This document shows positions 25,636 through 35,887 of a stretch of DNA of 64,000 nucleotides, in pieces (positions within the stretch are counted from its first letter, which is position 1; every line of letters begins with the position of its first letter). A program made the position numbers and the translations under genes. The stretch is from an uncultured virus (IMG/VR IMGVR_UViG_3300044641_005651). Lineage: Duplodnaviria > Heunggongvirae > Uroviricota > Caudoviricetes. The stretch lies in the IMG/VR virus record IMGVR_UViG_3300044641_005651. One strand, written 5' to 3'. The notes under the pieces were generated by a model. It was given only the letters and a program-made list of their open reading frames with translations. It made no database searches and was not told the origin of the DNA.

Positions 25636-25712
25636 TGGAGTACCTAGTAGGACTTAAACCCACAACCTCTCAGTTCGTAGCCGAGTGCTCTGTTCAATTG
25701 AGCTATAGGTAC
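25636..25712 (-). tRNA. tRNA-Arg(ACG)
   Basis: ctcgg-CTACGAA-ctgag, CCA. Confidence 0.9.
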
Positions 25713-25718
25713 AAGAAA

Positions 25719-25795
25719 TGGTAGACCTCTTCGGACTTGAACCGAAAACCCTCAGTTTAAGAGACTGATGCTCTAACCAATTGAGCTAGAGGTCC
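25719..25795 (-). tRNA. tRNA-Lys(CTT)
   Basis: tcagt-CTCTTAA-actga, CCA. Confidence 0.9.
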
Positions 25796-25798
25796 ATA

Positions 25799-25887
25799 TG
25801 GCGGAGAGCCGGAAGTACGATTTCCATCCCTTTGCAGGCACCCTCAGTTTAGCAAACTGTGCTAGCTCCCCGCTAGTTGGCCTCTCC
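25799..25887 (-). tRNA. tRNA-Ser(GCT)
   Basis: cagt-TTGCTAA-actg, long variable arm, G73, CCA. Confidence 0.8.
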
Positions 25888-26131
25888 AGAAATTTGTTTA
25901 TAATGATGTAAACAGTATTTACGATGCTTATAGTGAATATGAGCATCATCAAAACAGTTATGAAAAGCACAAAGCTCTAGCTTGTTTTTAAACACAGCTA
26001 GAGCGTGCCCAGCGGCGTCAGCGTCTAGTTGGGTCATCCAATCTACAAACGCGCGGCGAGCATCCTGCAATTCATCATTCATATAGATATCTTACTACAG
26101 AAATAAGTATTAAGCAAGATAAAAATGAAAT

Positions 26132-26221
26132 TGGCGGAGTGATGGCGGAATCGAACCCCTGGCCCGTAGGCTCCAACCGCTTTCAAGGCGGTGCTAGTAT
26201 CCCCGACTAGACATGCACTCC
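26132..26221 (-). tRNA. tRNA-Ser(TGA)
   Basis: accgc-CTTGAAA-gcggt, long variable arm, CCA. Confidence 0.85.
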
Positions 26222-26236
26222 AAATTCTTTGTAGTT

Positions 26237-26333
26237 AACCCATTTGAGATATAGGTGATGGCACACGGGACATTCTGTTGGTCCCGCATAATCTTGCCAC
26301 TCTGTGGCACAACGCATACATCTAAAATGGGCT
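26237..26333 (-). ncRNA. Candidate multi-branch structured RNA between tRNAs
   Basis: Outer stem cccattttagat/atctcaaatggg enclosing tgccac/gtggca and gggac/gtccc hairpins. Confidence 0.4.
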
Positions 26334-26354
26334 ATTTGGCGATTCATTGTAAAT

Positions 26355-26438
26355 TGGTGCGACTAGAGGGATTTGCACCCCCACCTCTCTCGAGACTAGT
26401 TCCTAAGACTAGCGCGTCTGCTGTTTCGCCATAGTCGC
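26355..26438 (-). tRNA. tRNA-Leu(TAG)
   Basis: ctagt-CTTAGGA-actag, variable arm, CCA. Confidence 0.9.
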
Positions 26439-26444
26439 ATTATC

Positions 26445-26519
26445 TGGTGCCCACAGAGAGGATTGAACTCCCGACCTTCGGTTTACAAAACCGCTGCACT
26501 ACCGCTGTGCTATATGGGC
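26445..26519 (-). tRNA. tRNA-Thr(TGT)
   Basis: cggt-TTTGTAA-accg, CCA. Confidence 0.9.
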
Positions 26520-26574
26520 TCGTTTAATTGTTTTTAGATTATAAGATATTTTTTAGCAAATACCAATAAAAAAA

Positions 26575-27099
26575 TTAATGTTCCCACTCATACCAGGCAA
26601 CTGATAGAGCTACAGTCGCAGTAGCTCCGGAGTGTTCAACACTTACCATATAATTAGAGTTAGGAGCTAAGATATATTCAGGAACTCCGTCATTTTGAAG
26701 ATCCCCAGAATCTGCTTTACCGAAATTATAGTGAGTAGTTAGTAGAGTTCCATTAGCACTAGCTACTGCCCCAGAATATGTAAAAGCGCGATTTGTTGTA
26801 ATCTCTTCTGGGTGTCTATTAGCACATATTACCGCTGTGCCAGTTCCCTCGGATGTTAAGGTAGGATTTTCAAATATTTTTAATATTAAAGTTCCACTAG
26901 AGTTGTAACTAATAATTTTTCTAAGATGAACCGTAGTAGCATTAGTTCTTATTAATACATTGCTAATTGCAGTTCCTACAGAACCGTAATCTACGTCTGT
27001 AACAAAAGTTTTTCCTTGGTGAACCATTTGGTGCTCAATAGTTCTATAAACCTGAATAGGCTCTAGAGAGCGTTCATAAGAATTAGTTCTTACCACCAT
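26575..27099 (-). CDS. Beta-rich hypothetical protein, possibly virion-associated
   Basis: GGAG RBS before MVVRTNS; Thr/Gly/Asn-rich; ends WYEWEH. Confidence 0.55.
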   Translation of the reverse strand: MVVRTNSYERSLEPIQVYRTIEHQMVHQGKTFVTDVDYGSVGTAISNVLIRTNATTVHLRKIISYNSSGTLILKIFENPTLTSEGTGTAVICANRHPEEITTNRAFTYSGAVASANGTLLTTHYNFGKADSGDLQNDGVPEYILAPNSNYMVSVEHSGATATVALSVAWYEWEH

Positions 27100-27233
27100 C
27101 TTTTTTTCTCCATAACAGCTCAAGCATTATTTCTAGCTTTTGCTGTTCGCTATACTGAGTCCAATTTTGTATCTCAGTTATAGTTCTACGACATCCTACG
27201 CATGTATTAGTTTTATAAGAGATCTTACAAACC

Positions 27234-27497
27234 TTAATGCAAGGTGTTAGTATTTTTTTCATTACGATTCATAACTTGCTTAACTCCGTTAATAAACTCT
27301 TCAGCCCAACGATTTCTAAAATCTTTCGGACCGCTATTTATAATACTAGAGCAACAAGCTATGTGTGCAGCTAATAAGGCAGCAACTATGTAGTGAGAAT
27401 CCTCTAAAGATTCAGAGGCGACCCTTGTTGCGGCCGCCTCTGTCATGCTTTGATATAGATCATCTCTTAGTTTTAAGAACTTATCAAAGTTTTCCAT
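27234..27497 (-). CDS. Hypothetical protein
   Basis: ORF overlapping the end of the upstream gene. Confidence 0.55.
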   Translation of the reverse strand: MENFDKFLKLRDDLYQSMTEAAATRVASESLEDSHYIVAALLAAHIACCSSIINSGPKDFRNRWAEEFINGVKQVMNRNEKNTNTLH

Positions 27498-27921
27498 CTT
27501 TTAACAATTCACCCATCCTACCACGTTTCATGGCTTCCTGCACTCTTTTAAATTCAGATAGACGAGGATTCCACTTATTAAGTAGTAAGTCAATTTTATC
27601 AGTTTTTACAGCTTGAATAGCAGCTGCTCTTTGTAGACCAGCTTCTCCATACTGATTAAGTAATTGGGCTGCTCTAGACTCTACGTCGTTATCTTTAAGA
27701 TATTTGTCGCGTAATACTTTTTCTTGAGCATTTTGTGGTCTATCAATGATCCTAGTTCTCCAGCGAAGACTTTGAAAAAGAGAATCAAGTCTATCATACT
27801 CTGACCTATCTTTTCTAGCAAGTAGTTTATACTTCCTAGAAACAGGTCGCGCACTAACTTTAGGACCAGTCTTCTTAGTAGATACTGCTTGTGTCTGTTT
27901 TTGATTTTTATTTTTTGCCAT
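27484..27921 (-). CDS. Basic hypothetical protein
   Basis: GGAG RBS and upstream promoter. Confidence 0.65.
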   Translation of the reverse strand: MAKNKNQKQTQAVSTKKTGPKVSARPVSRKYKLLARKDRSEYDRLDSLFQSLRWRTRIIDRPQNAQEKVLRDKYLKDNDVESRAAQLLNQYGEAGLQRAAAIQAVKTDKIDLLLNKWNPRLSEFKRVQEAMKRGRMGELLKDGKL

Positions 27922-28162
27922 GTATAACTCCAATAGTAGCTATACTATCAAATAAGACAGATACAAGCAAGTATTATTATAGTTATTTTTGTTGTAATGC
28001 TCTAAGACTTTCAGTTGAAGTAACTGATATGAGTGTAGTATCTGTTTCATATAAGGCGTGACATTTAAAACAAGATATTAACTCAGCAGACTCATCAGAA
28101 CGTTTCCAATCTATGTTCTCATTACCACATTTAATACAGAAAGTCTTAAAGATACAAATCAC

Positions 28163-28453
28163 TCAGTCTTCTTTAGCTATCTTAGCAGTTTTTTCTTGAG
28201 TGCGACCAAAGGCTGAGATACCTAATACTGCGCCCATAGCTAGGTGAAATAGTCCACCTTCTGCTAGAGTTAAACTTTTCCACACTGTGTGCGGTATTTT
28301 AGTTACAGCAGATAAAATACCAAAAAATACAGGAGCTAACATAAAATCAAATAAACATATTGCCATGTAACTCCAACCCATGGCCGGTCTCCAGTATTTT
28401 TGAACCCAACTCTCAGGTGGTTTTACCTCTTTAGGTTCTGTATCATCGCTCAT
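28163..28453 (-). CDS. Holin-like membrane protein (3TM holin family)
   Basis: WRPAMGWSY, FHLAMGAVLG and FGRTQEK; last gene of the lysis cassette. Confidence 0.7.
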   Translation of the reverse strand: MSDDTEPKEVKPPESWVQKYWRPAMGWSYMAICLFDFMLAPVFFGILSAVTKIPHTVWKSLTLAEGGLFHLAMGAVLGISAFGRTQEKTAKIAKED

Positions 28454-28462
28454 CTCTTTCCT

Positions 28463-28714
28463 TTAAGAAGCTGCCTGAGCTATTGCTATTAAGGCTTTTA
28501 CTGCTTCTTCAATTTTTGCTTGAGTCTCTAACTCATCTGCAAATTTAGCTAAGTTTTTTTGAGAGATTAAGTCTCTTAATAGTTCTTCATGTTCTTCTTT
28601 AGAAATTAATCCTTCTTCAAACTCTCTATGATATTTAATAGCTTTATTAGCACAACTAATAACGGCAAAATCTGTGTGCCTAGATAGATTAGTTAATTCG
28701 GATATTGGGTTCAT
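28463..28714 (-). CDS. Hypothetical protein in the lysis cassette
   Basis: ORF coupled by ATGA. Confidence 0.6.
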   Translation of the reverse strand: MNPISELTNLSRHTDFAVISCANKAIKYHREFEEGLISKEEHEELLRDLISQKNLAKFADELETQAKIEEAVKALIAIAQAAS

Positions 28715-29100
28715 CTAGATCTCCTATTCATACTTTGTTGCATTGTTTCTGTAGATTCCATGATGGTTTCCAGTTTTTCTTCGCAATAAGTTTTAGATAC
28801 TCTAGATACAGTAAGATATCTATTATGCATAGGTTCTACTATATTAAAAAGTTCTTTGCTCATATTATATGTAGGGTTGTTATTAGGTAGATGTTCAGAA
28901 TAGTGAACTAAAGTGAGACTAAGTTCTGTCATCTGTTGAGTTTTATCTCTCATATACGACATATCGTCACAATGTTTACGAGAAAGCTGACTGATAGTTC
29001 TAATTTGAGTTACATATGAATATTCAACAGAATCAAATTTAGCAGTAAATATACAACTACTGAGAAGGAGTGTTAGAGGTATCAGACTTAATTTCTTCAT
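28711..29100 (-). CDS. Lipoprotein in the lysis cassette
   Basis: MKKLSLIPLTLLLSSC lipobox. Confidence 0.65.
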   Translation of the reverse strand: MKKLSLIPLTLLLSSCIFTAKFDSVEYSYVTQIRTISQLSRKHCDDMSYMRDKTQQMTELSLTLVHYSEHLPNNNPTYNMSKELFNIVEPMHNRYLTVSRVSKTYCEEKLETIMESTETMQQSMNRRSR

Positions 29101-29437
29101 TAGAAGTAACCTTCCTATAATATACAATTATTTCTTTCTGTTGATTGATGTAACGTCGTATCTCTTCTAAATTTAAAGCCATAGTTTCATAGTCTTTAAC
29201 GCTAAAAGCTATAAATACAAAGTCATCACCGTATTTTTTCTTCCATTGTTTTAAGAAGTCATCTATATTTTCACTAGTAACTACTTTGAATTCTACATCT
29301 TCTAATTTTACAGCTCTAACAGCAGCCGGCTGCATTACAGGAACTTTAACAGGTTCCGCAGATATCTCTATCTTTTTTTCTCTAGAAAAACAGCCAGATA
29401 ATAAAACAAGGCTACTTACTAGTAGTATCTTGTTCAA
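29057..29437 (-). CDS. o-spanin (Rz1-like) lipoprotein
   Basis: LLSGC lipobox; overlaps the i-spanin; YETMALNLEEIRRYI. Confidence 0.7.
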   Translation of the reverse strand: MNKILLVSSLVLLSGCFSREKKIEISAEPVKVPVMQPAAVRAVKLEDVEFKVVTSENIDDFLKQWKKKYGDDFVFIAFSVKDYETMALNLEEIRRYINQQKEIIVYYRKVTSNEEIKSDTSNTPSQ

Positions 29438-29792
29438 TCTGCCTAAAGGTTCTCTTAGTTCCATTATTAATCTTTTTTTCTGCTTCAGAAGGTCTATCTT
29501 TCAAAATCTTTTCTAGATTGTGTTTTTTTAAAAGATTAGACAACTTAGCTTTATCTTCTTCTACCTTAGATAGATTAGATTGTAATTCATTAGCAAGTTT
29601 TGCTTGTCTAGCAAAATCTTCTTTCATAGCTTCTATAGTTTTCTTCTGTATCTCTACAGCTACTTCTAATTTAGCTACGTTCTCTTGTAAAATTTGAATA
29701 GTATTTTGACTATCTACATAGTAAATATAAAAGGCACTAGATACGGTAACAAGAGCTATTGCTAAACCTAGCGATATTTTTCCGCCTATCAT
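29412..29792 (-). CDS. i-spanin (Rz-like)
   Basis: N-terminal TM segment plus coiled coil, directly after the endolysin. Confidence 0.7.
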   Translation of the reverse strand: MIGGKISLGLAIALVTVSSAFYIYYVDSQNTIQILQENVAKLEVAVEIQKKTIEAMKEDFARQAKLANELQSNLSKVEEDKAKLSNLLKKHNLEKILKDRPSEAEKKINNGTKRTFRQIEQDTTSK

Positions 29793-30256
29793 TATGCAAT
29801 TAATCCTGGTTTATATACTGTCTTTCCATTTTCTTTCATAGCGGTCATAACTTTCTTCTGATTATCACCTTCTACATAAGATACATGGACCCAGCCACTA
29901 TCTGGTATTCCTGGGGTATAGAATTCTAAAATTAACTGTCTAAATTCTAGGTTATTTCTAATCCATTCTGCTAATTCTGCATTAGCTATTCCGGGTATTT
30001 CAATGTCGGCAGCTTGGCCTTGGCAGTGATCTGAGGTCTTTGATCCGCCTACAGCCGCGTTAACTTCTGGATGGCGAAACCCAGAGTTAACTTTTACACC
30101 CTTGCCAAAAGCATCCCTGATAGGCTGAAGAACATTTTCACAAAGAGCCTTTAGGTTTTCAATCTCTCTTTCTCCAGGGGTATTATCAAGTCCGTGTCTA
30201 AGGGCTGTTTCGCTCTTAACCATTTCTGATAGAGAAAAGTTTTTTGTAAGCTGCAT
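29792..30256 (-). CDS. Endolysin, peptidase M15 family
   Basis: NSGFR, SDHCQGQAADI and WVHVS Zn-peptidase motifs. Confidence 0.85.
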   Translation of the reverse strand: MQLTKNFSLSEMVKSETALRHGLDNTPGEREIENLKALCENVLQPIRDAFGKGVKVNSGFRHPEVNAAVGGSKTSDHCQGQAADIEIPGIANAELAEWIRNNLEFRQLILEFYTPGIPDSGWVHVSYVEGDNQKKVMTAMKENGKTVYKPGLIA

Positions 30257-30433
30257 ATGAACTCCTTTTTAATTATTGGTAGTTTATCAAAACTTTTTTT
30301 ACTAGTCAAACCAAAATCTTCCAAGTTACCTATGCAACATTAATTTTTTAGATTTACATAAGCACAGAAAAGTATTCTTTTACTATTTGTGGTATTTTTA
30401 AAAAAGTGTATAATATCTATAAAGGAGCACGTC

Positions 30434-30718
30434 ATGGAAGCAGAATTCTTTAAACTGGTTGCAGAGGTAGGATTTCCTATAGCATCATCTATAGCTGGTG
30501 GTTACTTTGTATTTCTTACTCTCAAATTCATTCTCGCAGGGGTTCAAAGCTCTGTAAAAGGTTTAAGTGGAATTATTGTTGCACTTGATAACAGAGTTAA
30601 AACAATGAACCACGATATTATCAGAATTGATGCACTAATATCTACAGCTCTAGGAGTAAAACCAGATACAGATAGAATTGCAAGAGCGGACGGTAAAAAC
30701 GACGCTAGAAAGGACTAA
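30434..30718 (+). CDS. Small membrane protein (paralogue A)
   Basis: AAGGAG RBS; VGFPI TM segment; ALDNRVKTMNHDIIR. Confidence 0.7.
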   Translation: MEAEFFKLVAEVGFPIASSIAGGYFVFLTLKFILAGVQSSVKGLSGIIVALDNRVKTMNHDIIRIDALISTALGVKPDTDRIARADGKNDARKD

Positions 30719-30904
30719 GGTGTTTTACTTAGGTTATAATATACAAATATCAAATAGCTCTCTAGTATTAGACGAAGAGTTAGTTTTAATGCCCAATCAA
30801 AATAATAGTAGGATACAACAAACTTTACCTTGGAAAGAAGGTGATAAATTTGAATTAACAGTAATTCAGGGTAATACTGTATTTAAAAAAGTGAAGGATT
30901 AACT

Positions 30905-31147
30905 ATGGATATGGTTCAACTTATTAATAAATATGGATTTCCCATTGTTGCTGCAGGCGGTATGGGTTACCTTATTTTTTACGTTTGGAAATGGGCAACG
31001 GCAGAAATTAAACCTGTTCTATCAGAAGCTAATACTGTATTGATAGCATTAATAGATCGTGTCAGAATGTTAGATAACGATTTAATAAGACTTAATCAAA
31101 AGATTAACATAGTATTAATGCTAAAGGAAAGGAATGAAAAGCCGTAA
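30905..31147 (+). CDS. Small membrane protein (paralogue B)
   Basis: YGFPI TM segment; ALIDRVRMLDNDLIR, similar to paralogue A. Confidence 0.7.
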   Translation: MDMVQLINKYGFPIVAAGGMGYLIFYVWKWATAEIKPVLSEANTVLIALIDRVRMLDNDLIRLNQKINIVLMLKERNEKP

Positions 31148-33026
31148 ATTATTTAAATTATTAACAACTGCAAGCTTATTAATATCAGCAATCGCTTTTT
31201 CACAAACTCTTCCTTCAGGATATGTTGGAACAGTTACTAACAATACGCCAAATACCTGGGAAACCTATTCATATTCTTTTACACCAAATATCTCAGGAAC
31301 AAACTATGTCGGTTTTGCGTTCAGACAAGATCCTGCATTCTGGACATTCGACAACGTGTCGTTAACAGAATCAGGATCTACCGTAAATCTATTGACAAAC
31401 GGAGCATTCACAACTGGTGGTGCAATCAACATCACCACAAGTAATGGACCAGGAACAATTCAAGCACCAACAAATTGGGGTGTGTGGTATCAAAACGGCA
31501 CGTATCCAGCAGCTGCTGGCACTTGGAACGACATCGGAGGATCTCACGGCGGTGTTTGGTATGATGGAGCCGTCGGAACATTTGACGGTATCTATCAAGG
31601 AATTAGCCTACTAGCAGGCACAACATATACGATTACATTTGAAGTGTCTGGTAATCATGTAAGCAATGGTAGTTCTGTACAGCTTGGCATTTATGCTGGT
31701 CCATGTGCTGACACAACGATTGCTGTTGCGTCATGTACAATACCAAGCTCAGCTGGATTCACAACATTAGCAACACCAGCAGAAGGTGCATCTGCAGGCA
31801 ATCCTACACCAACTATTGTAAGTCAAGTTGCTGGAACACCAATCGTTTCAGAATCATCAAGCCGCGGCACTACGACAACTACTGTGTCAAACACAAGAGG
31901 AACAACAGCTTATGTTCCTACAACTACATTCACAGGCACAAGACAAGACCCAACGCTCACGGTAAATCGCAACATCACTACAGTTGCAACAACACCGATC
32001 ACCACAGTAACAACGCACACAACACCTATCACAGTAGTAACAAGCACAACACCAACTACAATTCAAACATGGAGTGACGGATCTATTACGACTGTAAACG
32101 GAACAGCAACGACCTCAACGACAGTTGTCAATGAAATATTAACCGGGACTTCTGTGGCTAATGAAGTAGTCACCACACAAGATAATCAACTTTTCACTAC
32201 TAGAATTGATCAGTTAGCAAAACTTGACAAAATTAGCACTCTTCAAAATGAAAATTCACTAGCTGATCCATTGGCAAGAAATAAAGTATTTGGTAATAAG
32301 ATCATAACAAGGGGTCCTGTAAACAAGGATTCTCAAGCTTATATTACAGGATACTCTCTTCGTTCTGGCACCAAAGACACATATAGCTACACGACAAATG
32401 TTTTTGGTATTGGGTATGAACAAAAACATAATGATTCATTATTATTTGGCATTCAATTAAATGGTGCGGTTACAGATCTAAGCGGTGATGCGTCTTCTGG
32501 AGAACTAAAGAAGTATTCATTTGACATATTTGCTTTAAAAGTAGAAGATGATTGGATACTAAAAACAAATTTTGGTGTAGCATACAATGAGTTTGAAACA
32601 TCACATTTCATGCGCGGTCTAAACTTACTGAACACAGCTTCTACAAAAGGCTATGATACTTGGTTTGTAAATAGACTTTATACGCCAGATAACTACGGAT
32701 TTAGACCATTTGCAGGTTTAAAGTTTGAATACGATTATAGAGACAGTGTATTTGAAACTGGCCCAAATCTTACGGCAGTAAGACATGCTGGTAGAAGTGA
32801 CTTTGAAGTTACTGGTCACGGCGGTATTAGATTTGAACAAGACATCATTCAAGATATGACTGGTGTTATAGAGGGCATGATTGAAACCAGTAAAGCAAAA
32901 TCAGCTTTTGCTGGATTCTCTTATGCTATAGACGAAAATTCTTCTATTAAGCTAAAGTATGCAATACAAGAGAAAGAAGATGTGGTAAATAACATTATTG
33001 GAGCACAGATAAGAATAATGTTCTAA
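31134..33026 (+). CDS. Autotransporter-like outer-membrane protein
   Basis: Signal peptide, jelly-roll-like passenger, Thr-rich stalk, amphipathic beta C-terminus ending in Phe. Confidence 0.65.
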   Translation: MKSRKLFKLLTTASLLISAIAFSQTLPSGYVGTVTNNTPNTWETYSYSFTPNISGTNYVGFAFRQDPAFWTFDNVSLTESGSTVNLLTNGAFTTGGAINITTSNGPGTIQAPTNWGVWYQNGTYPAAAGTWNDIGGSHGGVWYDGAVGTFDGIYQGISLLAGTTYTITFEVSGNHVSNGSSVQLGIYAGPCADTTIAVASCTIPSSAGFTTLATPAEGASAGNPTPTIVSQVAGTPIVSESSSRGTTTTTVSNTRGTTAYVPTTTFTGTRQDPTLTVNRNITTVATTPITTVTTHTTPITVVTSTTPTTIQTWSDGSITTVNGTATTSTTVVNEILTGTSVANEVVTTQDNQLFTTRIDQLAKLDKISTLQNENSLADPLARNKVFGNKIITRGPVNKDSQAYITGYSLRSGTKDTYSYTTNVFGIGYEQKHNDSLLFGIQLNGAVTDLSGDASSGELKKYSFDIFALKVEDDWILKTNFGVAYNEFETSHFMRGLNLLNTASTKGYDTWFVNRLYTPDNYGFRPFAGLKFEYDYRDSVFETGPNLTAVRHAGRSDFEVTGHGGIRFEQDIIQDMTGVIEGMIETSKAKSAFAGFSYAIDENSSIKLKYAIQEKEDVVNNIIGAQIRIMF

Positions 33027-33041
33027 TTAGAAAGGTATTTA

Positions 33042-33482
33042 GTGATAAATAAAAATGTATTTTTATTCGTTATATTAATGCTGAGTTACTCCGCTAAAGC
33101 TAGTGAATTAAATTTTAAATTTAAAAATCCGGCTTTTAGCGGAGTTAACTATTCTAGCCACGTATTTGCAATTGAACAACTGGAAGAGCAAAGAAAACAA
33201 AAAATAAAAGATGAACAAGAAAAAATTAGAAAAGAGTTAGAAAGTAAACTTGAACAGAGTAATCTTCAGAAGTTTTTAAGAAATGTTGAAGCTAGAATAT
33301 ACGCTCAAATATCTAAAGATGTTGTCGATAAGATGTTCGACGGCACCGGATCGTCATCGGGAACCGTTGTAATAGGAGGAGCTAGCGTAAGTTTTAACAA
33401 TGACGGCTCTAACATTACATTAAATGTAGTAGACGATAAAGGTAATACTACTGTTATAACTATACCTCTAGGGGCTTTTTAA
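33042..33482 (+). CDS. csgF: Curli assembly protein CsgF-like
   Basis: Signal peptide, then SELNFKFKNPAFSG; precedes csgG. Confidence 0.8.
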   Translation: MINKNVFLFVILMLSYSAKASELNFKFKNPAFSGVNYSSHVFAIEQLEEQRKQKIKDEQEKIRKELESKLEQSNLQKFLRNVEARIYAQISKDVVDKMFDGTGSSSGTVVIGGASVSFNNDGSNITLNVVDDKGNTTVITIPLGAF

Positions 33483-34255
33483 TGAAAAAGATTTGCTTAG
33501 TAGGTTTTTTATTGTTAACAGCATGTATACCTCCTAATGTAGAAGAGCCTATATCAATAAATGAATCTGTAGTTAAAAAACTAACTATAGTTAATAGTCC
33601 TTTATCTACAGAAGCTCCTTTTTATATAGCAGTATATCAATTTTCAGATAAAACAGGACAGAGACGTCCAAGCGAAGTAGTAGCTCATCTAAGTAGTGCT
33701 GTTACGCAGGGAGCCGAAACTTGGCTTATAAAAGCACTTCAAGATGCTGGTAACGGTAGCTGGTTTAAAGTTGTAGAAAGAGTAGGGTTAGAAAACCTAA
33801 CTAGAGAAAGACAATTAATCAGGCAAACCAGAGAACAATACGAAGGTAAGGATGCTAAGCCACTAAGACCTTTAGTATTCGCATCTCTTATATTAGAAGG
33901 TGGAATTATAGGATATGACGTAAATACGATAAGCGGTGGAATAGGAGCGAGATATTTAGGTATAGGTTCTTCAACACAATATAGACAGGATCAAGTAACT
34001 ATAGTAATGAGACTAATTAGTGTTCAAACAGGAGAAGTGCTGCTTAACGTAGCTACAAGTAAAACCATACTTAGCTCTGCTGTAGGTATAGATGTTTTTA
34101 AATTTGTAGATGCAGGAACTCGAGCCGTAGAAATAGAAACTGGTTTAGCTACAAATGAGCCTGTAAACTATGCTGTCAGAGCAGCGATTGAAGCTGGAGT
34201 AGTAGAACTAATTCAAGAAGGTGCAAGAAAGGGGCTTTGGAGAATGTCAGAATGA
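33482..34255 (+). CDS. csgG: Curli secretion pore CsgG
   Basis: Lipobox LTAC; VYQFSDKTGQ, SSAVTQG, WFKVVERVGLENLTRERQLIR and EGGIIGYD. Confidence 0.92.
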   Translation: MKKICLVGFLLLTACIPPNVEEPISINESVVKKLTIVNSPLSTEAPFYIAVYQFSDKTGQRRPSEVVAHLSSAVTQGAETWLIKALQDAGNGSWFKVVERVGLENLTRERQLIRQTREQYEGKDAKPLRPLVFASLILEGGIIGYDVNTISGGIGARYLGIGSSTQYRQDQVTIVMRLISVQTGEVLLNVATSKTILSSAVGIDVFKFVDAGTRAVEIETGLATNEPVNYAVRAAIEAGVVELIQEGARKGLWRMSE

Positions 34256-34905
34256 AAAAATTATATACTATTTTAATGATCTTATTAAGCACTCATGCTT
34301 ATGGACAAAGTAACGTTCTATATATAGAACAATCAGGCGCTGGATTCTCAGGTTCTATTACTCAAGATGGAGCAACTAATATAATTGGAACTTCTAGTAG
34401 TCCTTCGATAATTAACGGTACTACCAATACTATTAGTGTCAATCAAATTGGAAATAGTAACTCTTTAGATTTTGCAGTTTATGGAGATACAAATACGATA
34501 TCTATTACAAAAACAGGCGATTCCAATTCAGTTACTCTTGAAATAGGCAGTAACGGACAAGATAGTAGCACTAATGAATATACCCTAGACATTACTGGTA
34601 GTAGTAATACTATAGAATCTACTATAACTGGCGGTATAAATACTGTAGGTATAACAATTTTCGGAGACAGTAATAGTATTACTAATACTATATCTAGTGG
34701 TAATACAGAACTTACTCTTACCGTAACAGGTAGCACAAATATTATAACAACTAATCAATCAGGAGCTGGAGCACATAGAATAATACATGACCATACAGGA
34801 GATACTGGAACTTTTAGTTTTAGCCAGAGTGGAACCAATGCAAAAATTATCAATATTATTACTAACGGTAATAATCAGTCAGTTACTGTATCTCAAACAG
34901 ACTGA
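34252..34905 (+). CDS. Curlin-repeat (CsgA/CsgB-like) protein
   Basis: Signal peptide; repeated (Q/x)xGxxN beta-solenoid motifs such as QIGNSN, GDTN and GDSN. Confidence 0.7.
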   Translation: MKKLYTILMILLSTHAYGQSNVLYIEQSGAGFSGSITQDGATNIIGTSSSPSIINGTTNTISVNQIGNSNSLDFAVYGDTNTISITKTGDSNSVTLEIGSNGQDSSTNEYTLDITGSSNTIESTITGGINTVGITIFGDSNSITNTISSGNTELTLTVTGSTNIITTNQSGAGAHRIIHDHTGDTGTFSFSQSGTNAKIINIITNGNNQSVTVSQTD

Positions 34906-35887
34906 AGCAAGAATAGGAGATGTAACAGAGCTTAACGGACAGGCGTCTGTTACAAGAAATAAAAAAGAACAACCTATAGGCATTCGAGACGGTATCGAAT
35001 CTATGGACACTATCTCTACTAAAAATTCAAAGGTTAGGATAGATTTTATTGACAAAACCCACGTTAGTGTAACTGAGCATAGTGACTTAGAAATAGATGA
35101 GTATGTTTTTGATCCTTCTAGAGATTTAGCAAAATTATCTATGAAAGTATCTTCTGGCACTGTACAATATGCAAGCGGACTTTTAGCAAAAAAAGTAGGA
35201 GCTGTAGATGTTAGAACTCCTACTGCTTCTATAGCAGTTAGAGGTACAGAATTTTCTATGAGTGTCAATGAGTTAGGTAAAAGTTTGATTATGCTTTTAC
35301 CTAACCAAGATGGAAGCACAGGAGAAATTACCGTTAGCACAGACGTTGCAAGCGTTATTCTAAATAGAAGTTATCAAGCTACTATAGTGACTAGCAGCTC
35401 TAGTCCGCCTTCAAATCCACTTATTCTTAATATGTTAGGCAGAGTAATAAATAATGATTTACTGCTGTCCATGCCGAAATCTGTAGAAACAGTTTCTAAT
35501 GTCGAAAAAGAACAAGGTCCATTGGATTTTGACCTTAAATTTGTAGACGTAAATATGCTGGATAAAGATCCTCTTAAATTTGAAGAACTGAATGTAGACC
35601 TGCTAAAGTCTGATTTTTTCAATACTAGATTAAACAATATAGATTCAATTTTTGATAATTTTAGTGAACGAGATGGTCAAGTGACTGGATATAATCCAAC
35701 TACACAAATTAATACAGTAGTAGAAGACACTACCGTATTAACCCAAAGATTAGATATTTCTATATTTTCTGTAAAAGTTAATAAAGATTATGGATTAAAA
35801 ATCGAATACAATGGCGATGGTATCTCTGCTGCGTTTGTAGCTGGAAATATGCAATCCAACAGTATTTTAAAGGTTAAGCAAAAATGA
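34838..35887 (+). CDS. FecR-domain periplasmic protein
   Basis: IGDVTELNG and VRTPTASIAVRGTEF; start moved to MQKLSIL. Confidence 0.8.
   Translation: MQKLSILLLTVIISQLLYLKQTEARIGDVTELNGQASVTRNKKEQPIGIRDGIESMDTISTKNSKVRIDFIDKTHVSVTEHSDLEIDEYVFDPSRDLAKLSMKVSSGTVQYASGLLAKKVGAVDVRTPTASIAVRGTEFSMSVNELGKSLIMLLPNQDGSTGEITVSTDVASVILNRSYQATIVTSSSSPPSNPLILNMLGRVINNDLLLSMPKSVETVSNVEKEQGPLDFDLKFVDVNMLDKDPLKFEELNVDLLKSDFFNTRLNNIDSIFDNFSERDGQVTGYNPTTQINTVVEDTTVLTQRLDISIFSVKVNKDYGLKIEYNGDGISAAFVAGNMQSNSILKVKQK

Noticed and set aside
22799..25970. Track ORFs 22799-23194, 23491-23868, 23884-24159, 24527-24754, 24932-25123, 25230-25418 and 25773-25970
   Set aside because: They overlap tRNA genes or the large ncRNA and have no protein-like features.
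31860..32180. ACA-rich low-complexity tract as a DNA repeat element
   Set aside because: Explained by the Thr-rich stalk of the autotransporter-like protein.
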